The notes under the pieces are model-generated. The model was not told the DNA's origin. It did not search any database and was given only the letters and a program-made list of their open reading frames with translations. From Escherichia coli (GTDB taxonomy: Bacteria > Pseudomonadota > Gammaproteobacteria > Enterobacterales > Enterobacteriaceae), in assembly GCF_003018235.1 (NCBI RefSeq), contig NZ_CP027437.1: DNA of 64,000 nucleotides. The stretch is one strand, 5' to 3'. The position numbers were made by a program, and so were the translations under genes. Positions within the stretch are counted from its first letter, which is position 1. Each line of letters starts with the position of its first letter. This document shows positions 53,381-64,000 of the stretch, in pieces.

Positions 53381-53756
53381 GGGTGACTCTGAATAAGGAT
53401 TAAACCTCTATGATAGGTAACCTGAAGGCTGATGACCAGCAGGCCGTTTTTGAGGAAAAACCACAATTTTAAAAGGGGATTGAAAGATAAATGGTGTATT
53501 AGCAATGCATCTCTTGATAATGCACATCTGCTTGGTAAATTTATTGAAATTATAATGTTAATAAAATGAGTGGTAATTTTCTTGTTAGCGCAGATAAATT
53601 TCCTGTTTTTGAAGTGGAGTTCCTCATTTAAAGCCATTGATAAAAATGTTCTAAAACGCTGGACAGACAGAAATTAATCAGGCTATTTTCAAAACAGCCA
53701 CCATCGTGGCAGCGTCGCTCGGACGGTCCGGGCGCTAACGTTAATCTGAGGAAATT

Positions 53757-54995
53757 ATGGCTGACACTCGCCTTGAACGTCGCTTTACGCGCATTGATCG
53801 TCTCCCGCCCTACGTTTTTAATATTACCGCTGAACTGAAAATGGCTGCGCGTCGGCGCGGCGAAGATATTATCGATTTCAGTATGGGTAACCCGGACGGT
53901 GCGACTCCGCCGCATATCGTCGAAAAATTATGTACGGTGGCCCAGCGACTGGACACGCATGGTTACTCTACTTCACGCGGCATTCCGCGGTTACGTCGCG
54001 CCATTTCCCGCTGGTATCAGGATCGCTACGACGTCGAGATCGACCCGGAATCAGAAGCCATCGTCACCATTGGTTCGAAAGAGGGACTGGCGCATCTGAT
54101 GCTGGCGACGCTGGATCATGGTGACACTGTACTGGTGCCTAATCCAAGCTACCCGATTCATATTTACGGCGCGGTGATTGCCGGGGCGCAGGTACGCTCA
54201 GTGCCGCTGGTGGAAGGTGTCGATTTCTTCAACGAACTGGAACGCGCCATTCGCGAAAGTTATCCGAAACCGAAGATGATGATCCTCGGCTTCCCGTCGA
54301 ATCCAACCGCGCAATGCGTGGAGCTGGAGTTCTTCGAAAAGGTTGTGGCGCTGGCGAAACGCTACGATGTGCTGGTGGTCCATGACCTGGCCTATGCGGA
54401 CATCGTCTATGATGGCTGGAAAGCGCCGTCAATCATGCAGGTGCCGGGTGCACGCGATGTGGCGGTCGAGTTCTTTACGCTGTCGAAAAGCTACAACATG
54501 GCGGGCTGGCGTATCGGCTTTATGGTTGGCAACAAAACGCTGGTCAGCGCGCTGGCACGTATTAAAAGCTATCACGATTACGGCACCTTTACGCCGTTGC
54601 AGGTGGCAGCGATTGCGGCGCTGGAGGGCGATCAACAGTGCGTGCGCGACATTGCTGAACAGTACAAACTCCGCCGTGATGTACTGGTAAAAGGGCTGCA
54701 TGAAGCGGGCTGGATGGTCGAAATGCCGAAGGCTTCGATGTATGTCTGGGCGAAAATCCCGGAACCGTATGCTGCCATGGGCTCGCTGGAATTTGCCAAG
54801 AAGCTGCTGAACGAAGCGAAGGTCTGTGTCTCTCCGGGGATTGGCTTTGGCGACTACGGCGACACGCATGTTCGCTTTGCACTGATTGAAAACCGCGACC
54901 GTATTCGTCAGGCGATTCGTGGAATTAAAGCGATGTTCCGTGCCGACGGTTTATTACCCGCCAGCAGCAAACATATTCACGAAAACGCGGAATAA
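53757..54995 (+). CDS. alaC: glutamate-pyruvate aminotransferase (class I PLP aminotransferase)
   Basis: 412-aa ORF with PLP lysine in [12 protein letters not shown]. Confidence 0.9.
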   Translation: MADTRLERRFTRIDRLPPYVFNITAELKMAARRRGEDIIDFSMGNPDGATPPHIVEKLCTVAQRLDTHGYSTSRGIPRLRRAISRWYQDRYDVEIDPESEAIVTIGSKEGLAHLMLATLDHGDTVLVPNPSYPIHIYGAVIAGAQVRSVPLVEGVDFFNELERAIRESYPKPKMMILGFPSNPTAQCVELEFFEKVVALAKRYDVLVVHDLAYADIVYDGWKAPSIMQVPGARDVAVEFFTLSKSYNMAGWRIGFMVGNKTLVSALARIKSYHDYGTFTPLQVAAIAALEGDQQCVRDIAEQYKLRRDVLVKGLHEAGWMVEMPKASMYVWAKIPEPYAAMGSLEFAKKLLNEAKVCVSPGIGFGDYGDTHVRFALIENRDRIRQAIRGIKAMFRADGLLPASSKHIHENAE

Positions 54996-55012
54996 ACACC
55001 GACCTCAAAAAT

Positions 55013-55042
55013 GCAAACAGGAGCCTGATGGCTCCTGTTTTT
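55013..55042 (+). terminator. intrinsic terminator after alaC
   Basis: AAACAGGAGCCTGATGGCTCCTGTTTTT. Confidence 0.75.
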
Positions 55043-55049
55043 CATTGCA

Positions 55050-55121
55050 CAGTTTGCTTTTAGATCATCAGGGCAAAAGTACCGGCCCAAACGATGACCA
55101 TAAAAGAAATGCCCATAAAGA
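55050..55121 (-). CDS. ypdK: 23-aa small membrane protein (GTG start)
   Basis: Manual minus-strand translation: (M)KYFFMGISFMVIVWAGTFALMI-stop; matches recalled YpdK. Confidence 0.5.
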
Positions 55122-55486
55122 AATATTTCACTTTACATCTCTCCGCGTAATTACTGTTACGCCTGAATGACTTCATTACACCTGATACAGTGAGTTGACA
55201 CCGGGCAAAACGACCTTAAAAGTCCTGTATTCTACCGTGGGCATCACCCCAGAATTCTGAGCTAAACTGCTCCAGACGGCGCTAATGTACGCCTAAAACT
55301 GAAACGAGACAAGAGGCATTTTCTTATTTACTTTTAGTAACTTACAGGTGTCTCATATCGGCGACAGTTTAATTTCTGACGGTAATAATTAGAGATTCAG
55401 CGAAGGAAAAAACCTTAAGAAAAAAGCCATAAAAACCATGAGGTTATTATGGCTGATTTGAGGAGGGAAAGAGTTAGAGCAGTTTG

Positions 55487-56407
55487 TTAAATGTATAGCG
55501 ACGATTCTCCCACCGGGCGCGTTTTAAAGCGACGGTGGATCCAGAGGTACTGCTCCGGTGCGCGCATGATCTCTTTTTCGATAATCTTGTTCATATAGGC
55601 AGCGGCTTGATTTTCATCTGCCGGGTAGCCTTCCATCTCTGGGGTGATGTACAAACGATATCCGCTGTAATCCGCTTTTCTTACCATCGTTACGGTTAAC
55701 ATGGCTGCGCCAGAGAGACGTGAAAGGACATACGTACCATTGGTTGTGGCGACATTTTCCACCGCAAAGAACGGCGCGAAGGAGCTGCCTTTACGACCAT
55801 AATCCTGATCGGGAGCAAACCATACCGCTTCACCTTTCTTCAGTGCACCGACAATGCCGCGCAGATTATTTCTGCCGATCATCGCTTTGTTAGAGCGCAT
55901 GCGCCCACGGGTCTGCACCCATTCCATCAGCTGATTATTATGTGGACGATAGGTAGCCATCATTGGTTGGCACAGTCCCATCACGCGGCCGCCCAGCTCC
56001 AGCGACATAAAATGGACGCCGACAACCATTACGCCGCGATTTTGCATTTGTGCGCGTTTAAGGTTATCCAACCCTTCAACATCAAACCATTTACGTACGC
56101 GACTGTCGGGCCAGAACCACGCCATGCCGGTTTCTACCAGCGCCATGCCGAGTGAACGAAAGTTTTCGGCAATCATCTTCTCGCGTTCTTCCGCAGAATG
56201 CTGTGGGAAACAAAGTTCCAGGTTTTTACGGGCGATAGATTCACGCCGTTTCAGGAATGGTCGCGCCATTGCGCCAATACGCGTGCCGAGAAAGCAGAGA
56301 ACAGGATAAGGAAGCTGTACCCAAAGCCAGAGTACACCAAGCCCAAACCATGTGAGCCAGTAGCGAGGATGTAGAAACTCGCGGGAAAATTTGCATTGTG
56401 GAAACAT
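55487..56407 (-). CDS. lpxP: lipid A palmitoleoyl-ACP acyltransferase (cold-induced LpxL paralog)
   Basis: ORF track 55487..56473; ATG at 56407 gives 306 aa starting MFPQCKFSREFLHPRYW. Confidence 0.9.
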   Translation of the reverse strand: MFPQCKFSREFLHPRYWLTWFGLGVLWLWVQLPYPVLCFLGTRIGAMARPFLKRRESIARKNLELCFPQHSAEEREKMIAENFRSLGMALVETGMAWFWPDSRVRKWFDVEGLDNLKRAQMQNRGVMVVGVHFMSLELGGRVMGLCQPMMATYRPHNNQLMEWVQTRGRMRSNKAMIGRNNLRGIVGALKKGEAVWFAPDQDYGRKGSSFAPFFAVENVATTNGTYVLSRLSGAAMLTVTMVRKADYSGYRLYITPEMEGYPADENQAAAYMNKIIEKEIMRAPEQYLWIHRRFKTRPVGESSLYI

Positions 56408-56759
56408 AGTTACCTTCTGTAGATACGAATTGTTGTATCGCAGAAGATTCCATGTCGACAGCGGTACACTCAATTGGTTGGGCCATCATGTACGACAATG
56501 GTTCCTGTAAAGAGTGTAAAGACTAGTCAGGACATAACCACGAGGAGCATGAATGCGGTGGCTCTACTTTATCACTGGCTGACTGCTTTCAGCTACTGAT
56601 TATTAATCGTGCAAAGTAAAAAATTTTCCGCACGCAATAGCGTTGCATTTAACGTGCTGTTTTCATTGATGCTTAGCAAAAATTGCCAGAGGTTAAGGAT
56701 TGTCTTACTATTAAAGTGACTGAAGTTACAGGTTTTTTAGCGCGGCAGGAGGTTGAGCT

Positions 56760-57002
56760 ATGATTTATTTATGGATGTTTCTCGCCCTGTGTATTGTCTG
56801 CGTAAGCGGCTACATTGGTCAGGTCCTGAACGTGGTATCGGCGGTCTCTTCTTTCTTCGGCATGGTGATCCTCGCTGCACTCATTTATTACTTCACCATG
56901 TGGTTAACTAGCGGTAATGAACTGGTGACGGGGATATTTATGTTTCTTGCCCCGGCTTGTGGCTTGATGATTCGCTTTATGGTGGGGTATGGCAGGCGGT
57001 AG
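56760..57002 (+). CDS. yfdY: small inner-membrane protein YfdY
   Basis: 80-aa hydrophobic ORF. Confidence 0.75.
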   Translation: MIYLWMFLALCIVCVSGYIGQVLNVVSAVSSFFGMVILAALIYYFTMWLTSGNELVTGIFMFLAPACGLMIRFMVGYGRR

Positions 57003-57078
57003 TGGGTCAGGATGGTTCATTTGGGCAGGTGTTCACATCAGCATCAGACATGATTGTTCACCTGCCGTGTGACAGACG

Positions 57079-57354
57079 CTATCGCACAGGATGGATAAGA
57101 TAATTCGCCTTTGTCGGAAAAGGGGGCGGAATTTCTTCTGTGAGGTTTAATGGTGGCGCATCTTCTCTCATCTTAAACAAAATCGCCTGTGATGGCTGAA
57201 GTTTTGTAGAATGAGTTGTCGTCATCATTGACGTTTTTTCTGTCTCTTTATAGCTCGTCTCACTTCCACCACCAGAAATGGAAAATGCAAAAACATTGCA
57301 TGCCATAATAGAGACCAATAAAAATAAGCTAAAAAGCATTAAGTTTACTTTCAT
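57079..57354 (-). CDS. ypdI: small lipoprotein YpdI
   Basis: 91-aa ORF with lipobox (IMAC) after signal peptide; AT-rich. Confidence 0.75.
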   Translation of the reverse strand: MKVNLMLFSLFLLVSIMACNVFAFSISGGGSETSYKETEKTSMMTTTHSTKLQPSQAILFKMREDAPPLNLTEEIPPPFPTKANYLIHPVR

Positions 57355-57496
57355 AGAAAGTTATCCTGAAAATGGTTCACTGAAAACCTACGACGTTATT
57401 GCTGTATTTACATATAATTAATCAGTATTTACATCGATATAATAAATGACATCTCTTTTTGGTATATAAGAATAGTTCTCTGTGACAGGAAGCATA

Positions 57497-57514
57497 TTCC
57501 TACAATTGTAAGGC
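57497..57514 (+). promoter_or_regulatory. EvgA-box-like 18-bp inverted repeat upstream of yfdX
   Basis: TTCCTACA-AT-TGTAAGGC resembles EvgA consensus TTCPyTACA-N2-TGTAPuGAA; 136 bp before yfdX ATG. Confidence 0.5.
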
Positions 57515-57649
57515 TAAAATACTTCTTGCGATAATAACTACAACTGTAAGATAACCCTTTCAAAATGAGCGTTGCTCTCTGATTTCTCATTTCATGCTCA
57601 CCCAATATGATGGCGGCGTTTTCTAAAACTGTTAAAGAATGAGGTAAGT

Positions 57650-58282
57650 ATGAAACGTTTAATTATGGCTACGATGGTCACAGCAATTCTGGCATCTTCA
57701 ACTGTATGGGCGGCTGATAATGCACCGGTAGCGGCACAACAGCAAACTCAGCAAGTTCAGCAAACCCAGAAAACGGCAGCAGCAGAGCGTATCTCTGAAC
57801 AAGGTTTATATGCGATGCGTGACGTGCAGGTAGCGCGCCTGGCTCTGTTTCATGGCGATCCGGAAAAGGCAAAAGAACTGACCAATGAAGCTTCAGCTTT
57901 GTTGTCAGATGACAGTACCGAATGGGCAAAGTTCGCTAAGCCAGGTAAAAAGACCAATGTCAATGATGACCAATATATTGTCATTAATGCATCTATCGGA
58001 ATTTCTGAGAGTTATGTAGCGACACCCGAAAAAGAAGCCGCGATAAAAATTGCCAACGAAAAAATGGCGAAAGGGGATAAAAAGGGCGCAATGGAAGAGC
58101 TTCGCCTGGCCGGTGTTGGCGTAATGGAAAACCAATATCTGATGCCGCTCAAACAGACTCGTAATGCACTTGCTGATGCGCAGAAACTGCTTGATAAAAA
58201 GCAATACTACGAGGCAAACCTGGCGCTTAAAGGTGCGGAAGATGGAATCATCGTCGATAGCGAAGCACTGTTTGTGAACTAA
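57650..58282 (+). CDS. yfdX: periplasmic YfdX-family protein (EvgA-regulated)
   Basis: 210-aa ORF with signal peptide. Confidence 0.88.
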   Translation: MKRLIMATMVTAILASSTVWAADNAPVAAQQQTQQVQQTQKTAAAERISEQGLYAMRDVQVARLALFHGDPEKAKELTNEASALLSDDSTEWAKFAKPGKKTNVNDDQYIVINASIGISESYVATPEKEAAIKIANEKMAKGDKKGAMEELRLAGVGVMENQYLMPLKQTRNALADAQKLLDKKQYYEANLALKGAEDGIIVDSEALFVN

Positions 58283-58340
58283 CGCTGACAGGCAGTATAT
58301 TGAGGTAAAGGATTTAACTCCCTCCAGCCGACAATTTTTT

Positions 58341-58369
58341 ATGACCACAATACGACAGATTGTGGTCAT
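58341..58369. repeat. perfect 11-bp inverted repeat with 7-nt loop, downstream of yfdX
   Basis: ATGACCACAAT-acgacag-ATTGTGGTCAT; no U-tract directly after the stem on either strand. Confidence 0.6.
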
Positions 58370-58793
58370 AAAATTATTTGGCGCTCGCGGTTCTATAAAC
58401 TCGCATTTTATCTTCCTCAAAGTAAACCGCAATAATCCCGTGTCATCACAAATCATTTATTATGTTATGTTTTATGGTACGCTTTAAAAATCGTAATCAT
58501 ACCCTTACTTGTAAATCACCGGCGCTTCTTACAGTTGTAAGAATAACATCACAAATGTCGCGGCTCTCTCTGATTACCGCGAACCAATATTTATCATATT
58601 CTTCTTTTCGTCCTCACTACTTACCATGCAGAAAGGAATTGGAAGTAGCGATGAAATGATTTTCAGTACTTGATACAGGAATTTAAAAATATCGAGTGCA
58701 GCTACGACGATATTTTGCGGATTATTTATAGAGGCGTTATGTCTTAAATAAACGCTAAATTAACACATATTTAATTAACTAATAGGTATTGCT

Positions 58794-60044
58794 ATGTCAA
58801 CTCCACTTCAAGGAATTAAAGTTCTCGATTTCACCGGTGTGCAATCTGGCCCATCTTGTACTCAAATGCTGGCCTGGTTTGGCGCTGACGTCATTAAAAT
58901 TGAACGTCCCGGCGTTGGTGACGTAACGCGTCACCAGCTGCGAGATATTCCTGATATCGATGCGCTTTACTTCACCATGCTTAACAGTAACAAACGTTCT
59001 ATTGAATTAAATACCAAAACAGCGGAAGGCAAAGAGGTAATGGAAAAGCTGATCCGCGAAGCTGATATCTTAGTCGAGAACTTTCATCCTGGGGCCATTG
59101 ATCACATGGGCTTCACCTGGGAGCATATTCAAGAAATCAATCCACGTTTGATTTTTGGTTCGATCAAAGGGTTTGATGAGTGTTCGCCTTATGTGAATGT
59201 AAAAGCCTATGAAAACGTTGCTCAGGCAGCGGGTGGCGCGGCATCCACTACGGGTTTTTGGGACGGTCCGCCGCTGGTAAGCGCTGCAGCGTTGGGTGAC
59301 AGCAACACCGGAATGCATTTACTGATCGGTTTACTTGCTGCTTTGCTGCATCGCGAAAAAACGGGGCGTGGGCAACGAGTCACCATGTCAATGCAGGATG
59401 CCGTATTGAACCTTTGCCGCGTGAAATTACGCGACCAGCAGCGTCTCGATAAATTGGGTTATCTGGAAGAATACCCGCAGTATCCGAATGGCACATTTGG
59501 TGATGCAGTTCCCCGCGGAGGTAATGCGGGTGGTGGCGGTCAGCCTGGCTGGATCCTGAAATGTAAAGGCTGGGAAACCGATCCTAACGCCTATATTTAT
59601 TTCACTATTCAGGAGCAAAACTGGGAAAACACCTGTAAAGCCATCGGCAAACCAGATTGGATTACCGATCCGGCATACAGTACAGCCCATGCCCGACAGC
59701 CACATATTTTCGATATTTTTGCTGAAATCGAAAAATACACTGTCACTATTGATAAACATGAAGCGGTGGCCTATTTGACTCAGTTTGATATTCCTTGTGC
59801 ACCGGTTTTAAGTATGAAAGAAATTTCACTTGATCCCTCTTTGCGCCAAAGTGGCAGTGTTGTTGAAGTGGAACAACCGTTGCGTGGAAAATATCTGACA
59901 GTTGGTTGTCCAATGAAATTCTCTGCCTTTACGCCGGATATTAAAGCTGCGCCGCTATTAGGTGAACATACCGCTGTGGTATTGCAGGAGCTGGGTTATA
60001 GCGACGATGAAATTGCTGCAATGAAGCAAAACTACGCCATCTGA
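58794..60044 (+). CDS. frc: formyl-CoA:oxalate CoA-transferase (family III)
   Basis: 416-aa [46 protein letters not shown]... Confidence 0.93.
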   Translation: MSTPLQGIKVLDFTGVQSGPSCTQMLAWFGADVIKIERPGVGDVTRHQLRDIPDIDALYFTMLNSNKRSIELNTKTAEGKEVMEKLIREADILVENFHPGAIDHMGFTWEHIQEINPRLIFGSIKGFDECSPYVNVKAYENVAQAAGGAASTTGFWDGPPLVSAAALGDSNTGMHLLIGLLAALLHREKTGRGQRVTMSMQDAVLNLCRVKLRDQQRLDKLGYLEEYPQYPNGTFGDAVPRGGNAGGGGQPGWILKCKGWETDPNAYIYFTIQEQNWENTCKAIGKPDWITDPAYSTAHARQPHIFDIFAEIEKYTVTIDKHEAVAYLTQFDIPCAPVLSMKEISLDPSLRQSGSVVEVEQPLRGKYLTVGCPMKFSAFTPDIKAAPLLGEHTAVVLQELGYSDDEIAAMKQNYAI

Positions 60045-60097
60045 TATTAACGGGGGCTTTTGGCTCCCAATTTATAAAAATTTCGAGGTTATTAATC

Positions 60098-61792
60098 ATG
60101 TCAGATCAACTTCAAATGACAGATGGTATGCATATCATCGTTGAAGCATTAAAACAGAATAATATTGACACTATTTATGGTGTTGTAGGTATTCCTGTGA
60201 CGGATATGGCACGCCATGCCCAGGCGGAAGGCATTCGTTATATTGGTTTTCGTCATGAGCAGTCGGCAGGCTATGCCGCTGCGGCAAGCGGTTTTCTTAC
60301 CCAAAAACCGGGGATCTGCCTGACAGTTTCTGCGCCAGGATTCCTCAATGGTTTGACCGCATTGGCCAACGCAACGGTAAATGGTTTTCCGATGATCATG
60401 ATTAGCGGCTCCAGCGACCGCGCGATCGTCGATCTCCAGCAAGGTGATTATGAAGAGCTGGACCAAATGAATGCGGCAAAACCGTATGCCAAAGCGGCGT
60501 TTCGCGTTAATCAGCCGCAGGATCTTGGCATTGCATTGGCACGCGCTATCCGGGTCTCAGTATCGGGTCGCCCTGGCGGAGTTTATCTTGATTTGCCAGC
60601 AAATGTCCTGGCCGCGACGATGGAAAAAGACGAAGCGTTAACCACGATTGTAAAAGTTGAAAATCCGTCGCCAGCATTATTGCCATGCCCGAAGTCAGTC
60701 GCTAGCGCAATTTCGCTTTTAGCAAAAGCTGAACGACCATTAGTTATCCTTGGCAAAGGCGCGGCGTATTCACAAGCGGATGAACAGCTTCGTGAATTTA
60801 TTGAAAGTGCCCAGATTCCATTCCTGCCAATGTCTATGGCGAAAGGGATCCTCGAAGATACACATCCACTTTCTGCGGCAACTGCGCGTTCGTTTGCCCT
60901 GGCAAATGCTGACGTTGTCATGCTTGTTGGTGCACGACTGAATTGGTTACTGGCACACGGTAAAAAAGGATGGGCGGCAGATACACAGTTTATTCAACTG
61001 GATATTGAACCGCAGGAAATTGACAGCAACCGCCCCATTGCTGTGCCAGTCGTTGGCGATATTGCATCCAGTATGCAAGGTATGCTGGCAGAACTGAAAC
61101 AAAACACATTTACGACTCCACTGGTATGGCGCGATATTTTAAATATCCACAAGCAGCAAAATGCACAAAAAATGCATGAAAAATTAAGTACAGATACTCA
61201 ACCATTAAATTACTTTAATGCATTAAGTGCTGTGCGCGATGTATTGCGCGAGAACCAGGATATTTATTTAGTTAATGAAGGTGCAAATACCCTGGATAAT
61301 GCACGAAATATTATTGATATGTATAAACCACGTCGCCGTCTGGATTGTGGTACCTGGGGTGTCATGGGCATCGGTATGGGCTATGCCATCGGTGCTAGCG
61401 TGACCTCTGGTTCTCCGGTTGTCGCCATTGAAGGTGATAGTGCTTTTGGTTTCAGTGGGATGGAGATTGAAACGATTTGTCGATATAACCTGCCGGTGAC
61501 GATCGTTATTTTTAATAATGGCGGCATCTACAGAGGAGACGGTGTTGATCTCAGTGGCGCTGGTGCACCATCACCAACAGATCTATTGCACCATGCAAGG
61601 TATGACAAATTAATGGATGCGTTTCGTGGCGTTGGCTATAACGTCACTACGACAGATGAACTTCGTCATGCTTTAACCACCGGTATTCAGTCGCGCAAAC
61701 CGACCATTATTAATGTGGTCATCGACCCTGCAGCAGGAACTGAAAGTGGCCATATTACCAAACTTAACCCAAAACAAATCGCTGGTAATTAA
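60098..61792 (+). CDS. oxc: oxalyl-CoA decarboxylase (ThDP-dependent)
   Basis: 564-aa ORF with ThDP-binding motif GDSAFGFSGMEIETICRYNLPVTIVIFNNGG. Confidence 0.93.
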   Translation: MSDQLQMTDGMHIIVEALKQNNIDTIYGVVGIPVTDMARHAQAEGIRYIGFRHEQSAGYAAAASGFLTQKPGICLTVSAPGFLNGLTALANATVNGFPMIMISGSSDRAIVDLQQGDYEELDQMNAAKPYAKAAFRVNQPQDLGIALARAIRVSVSGRPGGVYLDLPANVLAATMEKDEALTTIVKVENPSPALLPCPKSVASAISLLAKAERPLVILGKGAAYSQADEQLREFIESAQIPFLPMSMAKGILEDTHPLSAATARSFALANADVVMLVGARLNWLLAHGKKGWAADTQFIQLDIEPQEIDSNRPIAVPVVGDIASSMQGMLAELKQNTFTTPLVWRDILNIHKQQNAQKMHEKLSTDTQPLNYFNALSAVRDVLRENQDIYLVNEGANTLDNARNIIDMYKPRRRLDCGTWGVMGIGMGYAIGASVTSGSPVVAIEGDSAFGFSGMEIETICRYNLPVTIVIFNNGGIYRGDGVDLSGAGAPSPTDLLHHARYDKLMDAFRGVGYNVTTTDELRHALTTGIQSRKPTIINVVIDPAAGTESGHITKLNPKQIAGN

Positions 61793-61861
61793 ATACTGAC
61801 ATCGTCTCCTCTTGCCAACTCATTATGCGATGGTGAGGGGACCCTTATCGGAAATACTATT

Positions 61862-62806
61862 ATGCTAACATTTTTTATTGGCGATTTATTGCCTATTATC
61901 GTAATCATGCTGTTGGGTTATTTTAGCGGCAGACGAGAAACTTTTTCAGAAGATCAAGCCCGGGCATTTAATAAACTGGTATTAAACTACGCTCTTCCTG
62001 CGGCTCTATTTGTATCTATTACCCGGGCAAACAGGGAAATGATTTTTGCGGACACTCGTCTGACCCTTGTATCACTTGTGGTTATTGTCGGATGTTTCTT
62101 TTTCTCCTGGTTCGGTTGCTACAAATTTTTTAAACGTACTCATGCAGAAGCAGCAGTATGTGCATTAATTGCAGGTTCACCTACCATTGGATTCCTGGGA
62201 TTTGCAGTTCTCGATCCTATTTATGGTGATTCCGTATCAACAGGTTTAGTTGTAGCAATTATTTCTATTATTGTTAACGCAATTACTATTCCTATTGGTC
62301 TGTATTTGCTGAATCCTTCCTCAGGAGCGGATGGTAAGAAGAATAGTAACCTGAGCGCATTAATTTCTGCGGCAAAGGAGCCAGTAGTATGGGCACCTGT
62401 TCTGGCAACGATCCTGGTGTTGGTTGGGGTAAAAATTCCGGCAGCATGGGACCCAACCTTTAATCTGATTGCGAAGGCTAACTCAGGGGTAGCGGTATTC
62501 GCTGCGGGGTTGACTCTGGCTGCACATAAATTCGAGTTCAGTGCCGAAATTGCTTATAACACCTTCCTGAAGCTGATTCTGATGCCACTGGCGCTGCTTC
62601 TCGTGGGTATGGCATGTCATTTGAACAGCGAACATCTGCAGATGATGGTACTGGCAGGCGCATTACCGCCGGCATTCTCCGGAATCATTATTGCAAGTCG
62701 GTTTAATGTCTACACCCGCACTGGTACAGCGTCATTGGCTGTGAGCGTACTGGGTTTTGTCGTCACGGCTCCCTTGTGGATTTATGTCAGTCGACTGGTT
62801 TCATAA
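61862..62806 (+). CDS. yfdV: auxin-efflux-carrier-family transporter
   Basis: 314-aa polytopic ORF downstream of oxc. Confidence 0.85.
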
Positions 62807-62834
62807 TTAATCATGTTATTGATTTTACATAAAT

Positions 62835-62865
62835 GCCGAAGTGTCTTTTCACCTTCGGCTTTTTT
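62835..62865 (+). terminator. intrinsic terminator after yfdV
   Basis: GCCGAAGTGTCTTTTCACCTTCGGCTTTTTT. Confidence 0.7.
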
Positions 62866-62879
62866 CAAGGCATAAGCAA

Positions 62880-64000
62880 ATGACAAATAATGAATGCAAA
62901 GGGCCGTTTGAAGGCTTATTAGTTATCGATATGACACATGTCCTTAATGGACCTTTCGGAACTCAACTTCTTTGTAATATGGGCGCAAGGGTAATTAAAG
63001 TTGAGCCGCCGGGTCATGGTGATGATACCCGCACATTTGGTCCCTATGTGGATGGACAGTCACTCTATTACAGTTTTATTAATCATGGCAAAGAGAGTGT
63101 GGTTCTTGATTTAAAGAATGATCACGATAAAAGTATATTTATAAATATGCTTAAACAAGCTGATGTATTAGCTGAGAATTTTCGCCCAGGTACAATGGAA
63201 AAACTGGGGTTTTCATGGGAAACGCTACAAGAAATCAACCCGCGTCTCATATATGCTTCATCGTCAGGTTTTGGGCATACCGGCCCGCTAAAAGATGCTC
63301 CAGCCTACGATACCATCATTCAGGCAATGAGCGGGATAATGATGGAAACAGGGTACCCTGATGCTCCGCCAGTGCGCGTGGGTACCTCTCTTGCGGATTT
63401 ATGTGGCGGTGTCTATTTATTCAGCGGAATAGTGAGTGCACTTTATGGCCGCGAAAAGAGCCAGAGAGGGGCGCATGTCGATATAGCGATGTTTGATGCC
63501 ACGCTGAGTTTTCTGGAGCATGGTCTGATGGCATATATTGCGACAGGGAAGTCACCACAACGCCTGGGAAATCGCCATCCCTACATGGCACCTTTTGATG
63601 TTTTTGATACTCAGGATAAGCCGATTACTATTTGTTGTGGTAATGACAAGCTTTTTTCTGCGTTATGCCAGGCACTGGAGCTTACGGAACTGGTTAATGA
63701 TCCCCGATTTAGCAGCAATATTTTACGCGTACAAAACCAGGCTATTCTTAAACAATATATTGAGCGAACGTTAAAAACGCAGGCAGCTGAAGTTTGGTTA
63801 GCCAAAATACATGAAGTTGGTGTGCCCGTCGCGCCGTTATTAAGTGTGGCTGAGGCCATTAATTTGCCACAAACTCAGGCGAGAAATATGTTGATTGAAG
63901 CCGGGGGAATAATGATGCCAGGTAATCCGATAAAAATCAGCGGCTGCGCGGACCCGCATGTTATGCCGGGAGCGGCAACGCTCGACCAACATGGGGAACA
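62880..64000 (+). CDS. yfdE: acetyl-CoA:oxalate CoA-transferase (family III, Frc paralog), 5' portion; continues past window end
   Basis: Manual translation from ATG 62880: MTNNECKGPFEGLLVIDMTHVLNGPFGTQLLCNMGARVIKVEPPGHGDD...; open to 64000. Confidence 0.85.
   Translation, partial: MTNNECKGPFEGLLVIDMTHVLNGPFGTQLLCNMGARVIKVEPPGHGDDTRTFGPYVDGQSLYYSFINHGKESVVLDLKNDHDKSIFINMLKQADVLAENFRPGTMEKLGFSWETLQEINPRLIYASSSGFGHTGPLKDAPAYDTIIQAMSGIMMETGYPDAPPVRVGTSLADLCGGVYLFSGIVSALYGREKSQRGAHVDIAMFDATLSFLEHGLMAYIATGKSPQRLGNRHPYMAPFDVFDTQDKPITICCGNDKLFSALCQALELTELVNDPRFSSNILRVQNQAILKQYIERTLKTQAAEVWLAKIHEVGVPVAPLLSVAEAINLPQTQARNMLIEAGGIMMPGNPIKISGCADPHVMPGAATLDQHGE

Noticed and set aside
55122-55486. Possible small RNA or short ORFs in the 365-bp gap between ypdK and lpxP
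   Set aside because: Only very short frames and no convincing promoter-terminator pair; left unannotated.
58462-58659. 65-aa plus-strand ORF in the yfdX-frc intergenic region
   Set aside because: No convincing Shine-Dalgarno, odd composition, AT-rich promoter-like DNA; cannot be distinguished from chance. I could not confirm whether a small annotated gene is expected here.

Overview
This window is a contiguous stretch of Escherichia coli chromosome, syntenic with the K-12 hemF-to-yfdE interval read in reverse orientation. Gene identities come from reading the supplied translations and a few manual translations against recalled E. coli proteins; no database search was run. Order: hemF (partial) and amiA; ypeA-yfeZ-yfeY-yfeX; yfeW-murP-murQ with divergent murR; ucpA; cysPUWAM; yfeK; pdxK; crr-ptsI-ptsH-cysK; cysZ; zipA-ligA-ypeB; yfeH; yfeR; yfeN; xapABR; the valU-valX-valY-lysV tRNA operon; gltX; yfeD-yfeC; alaX-alaW tRNAs; pdeA; nupC; mntH; ypeC-yfeO; glk; fryB-fryC-ypdF-ypdE-fryA; ypdCBA; alaC; ypdK; lpxP; yfdY; ypdI; and the AT-rich yfdX-frc-oxc-yfdV-yfdE oxalate/acid-resistance cluster (yfdE partial). 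The one clearly accessory feature is a ~1.28 kb IS110-family insertion sequence (IS621-like) sitting in a REP element between mntH and ypeC. It encodes a 326-aa DEDD/serine transposase and, in its ~177-nt left-end leader, a structured non-coding RNA that matches what I recall of the IS621 'bridge' guide RNA, so it is probably already described rather than novel. Other departures from my recollection of K-12 MG1655: no yfeS between yfeK and cysM, and no IS186 between nupC and pdeA. I also found an unlisted small hydrophobic ORF between xapB and xapR, and several regulatory motifs readable directly (mntH Fur/MntR boxes, an EvgA-like box before yfdX, a sigma-E promoter before yfeY, tRNA promoters, intrinsic terminators, REP elements). 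No CRISPR array, prophage or defence island is evident.
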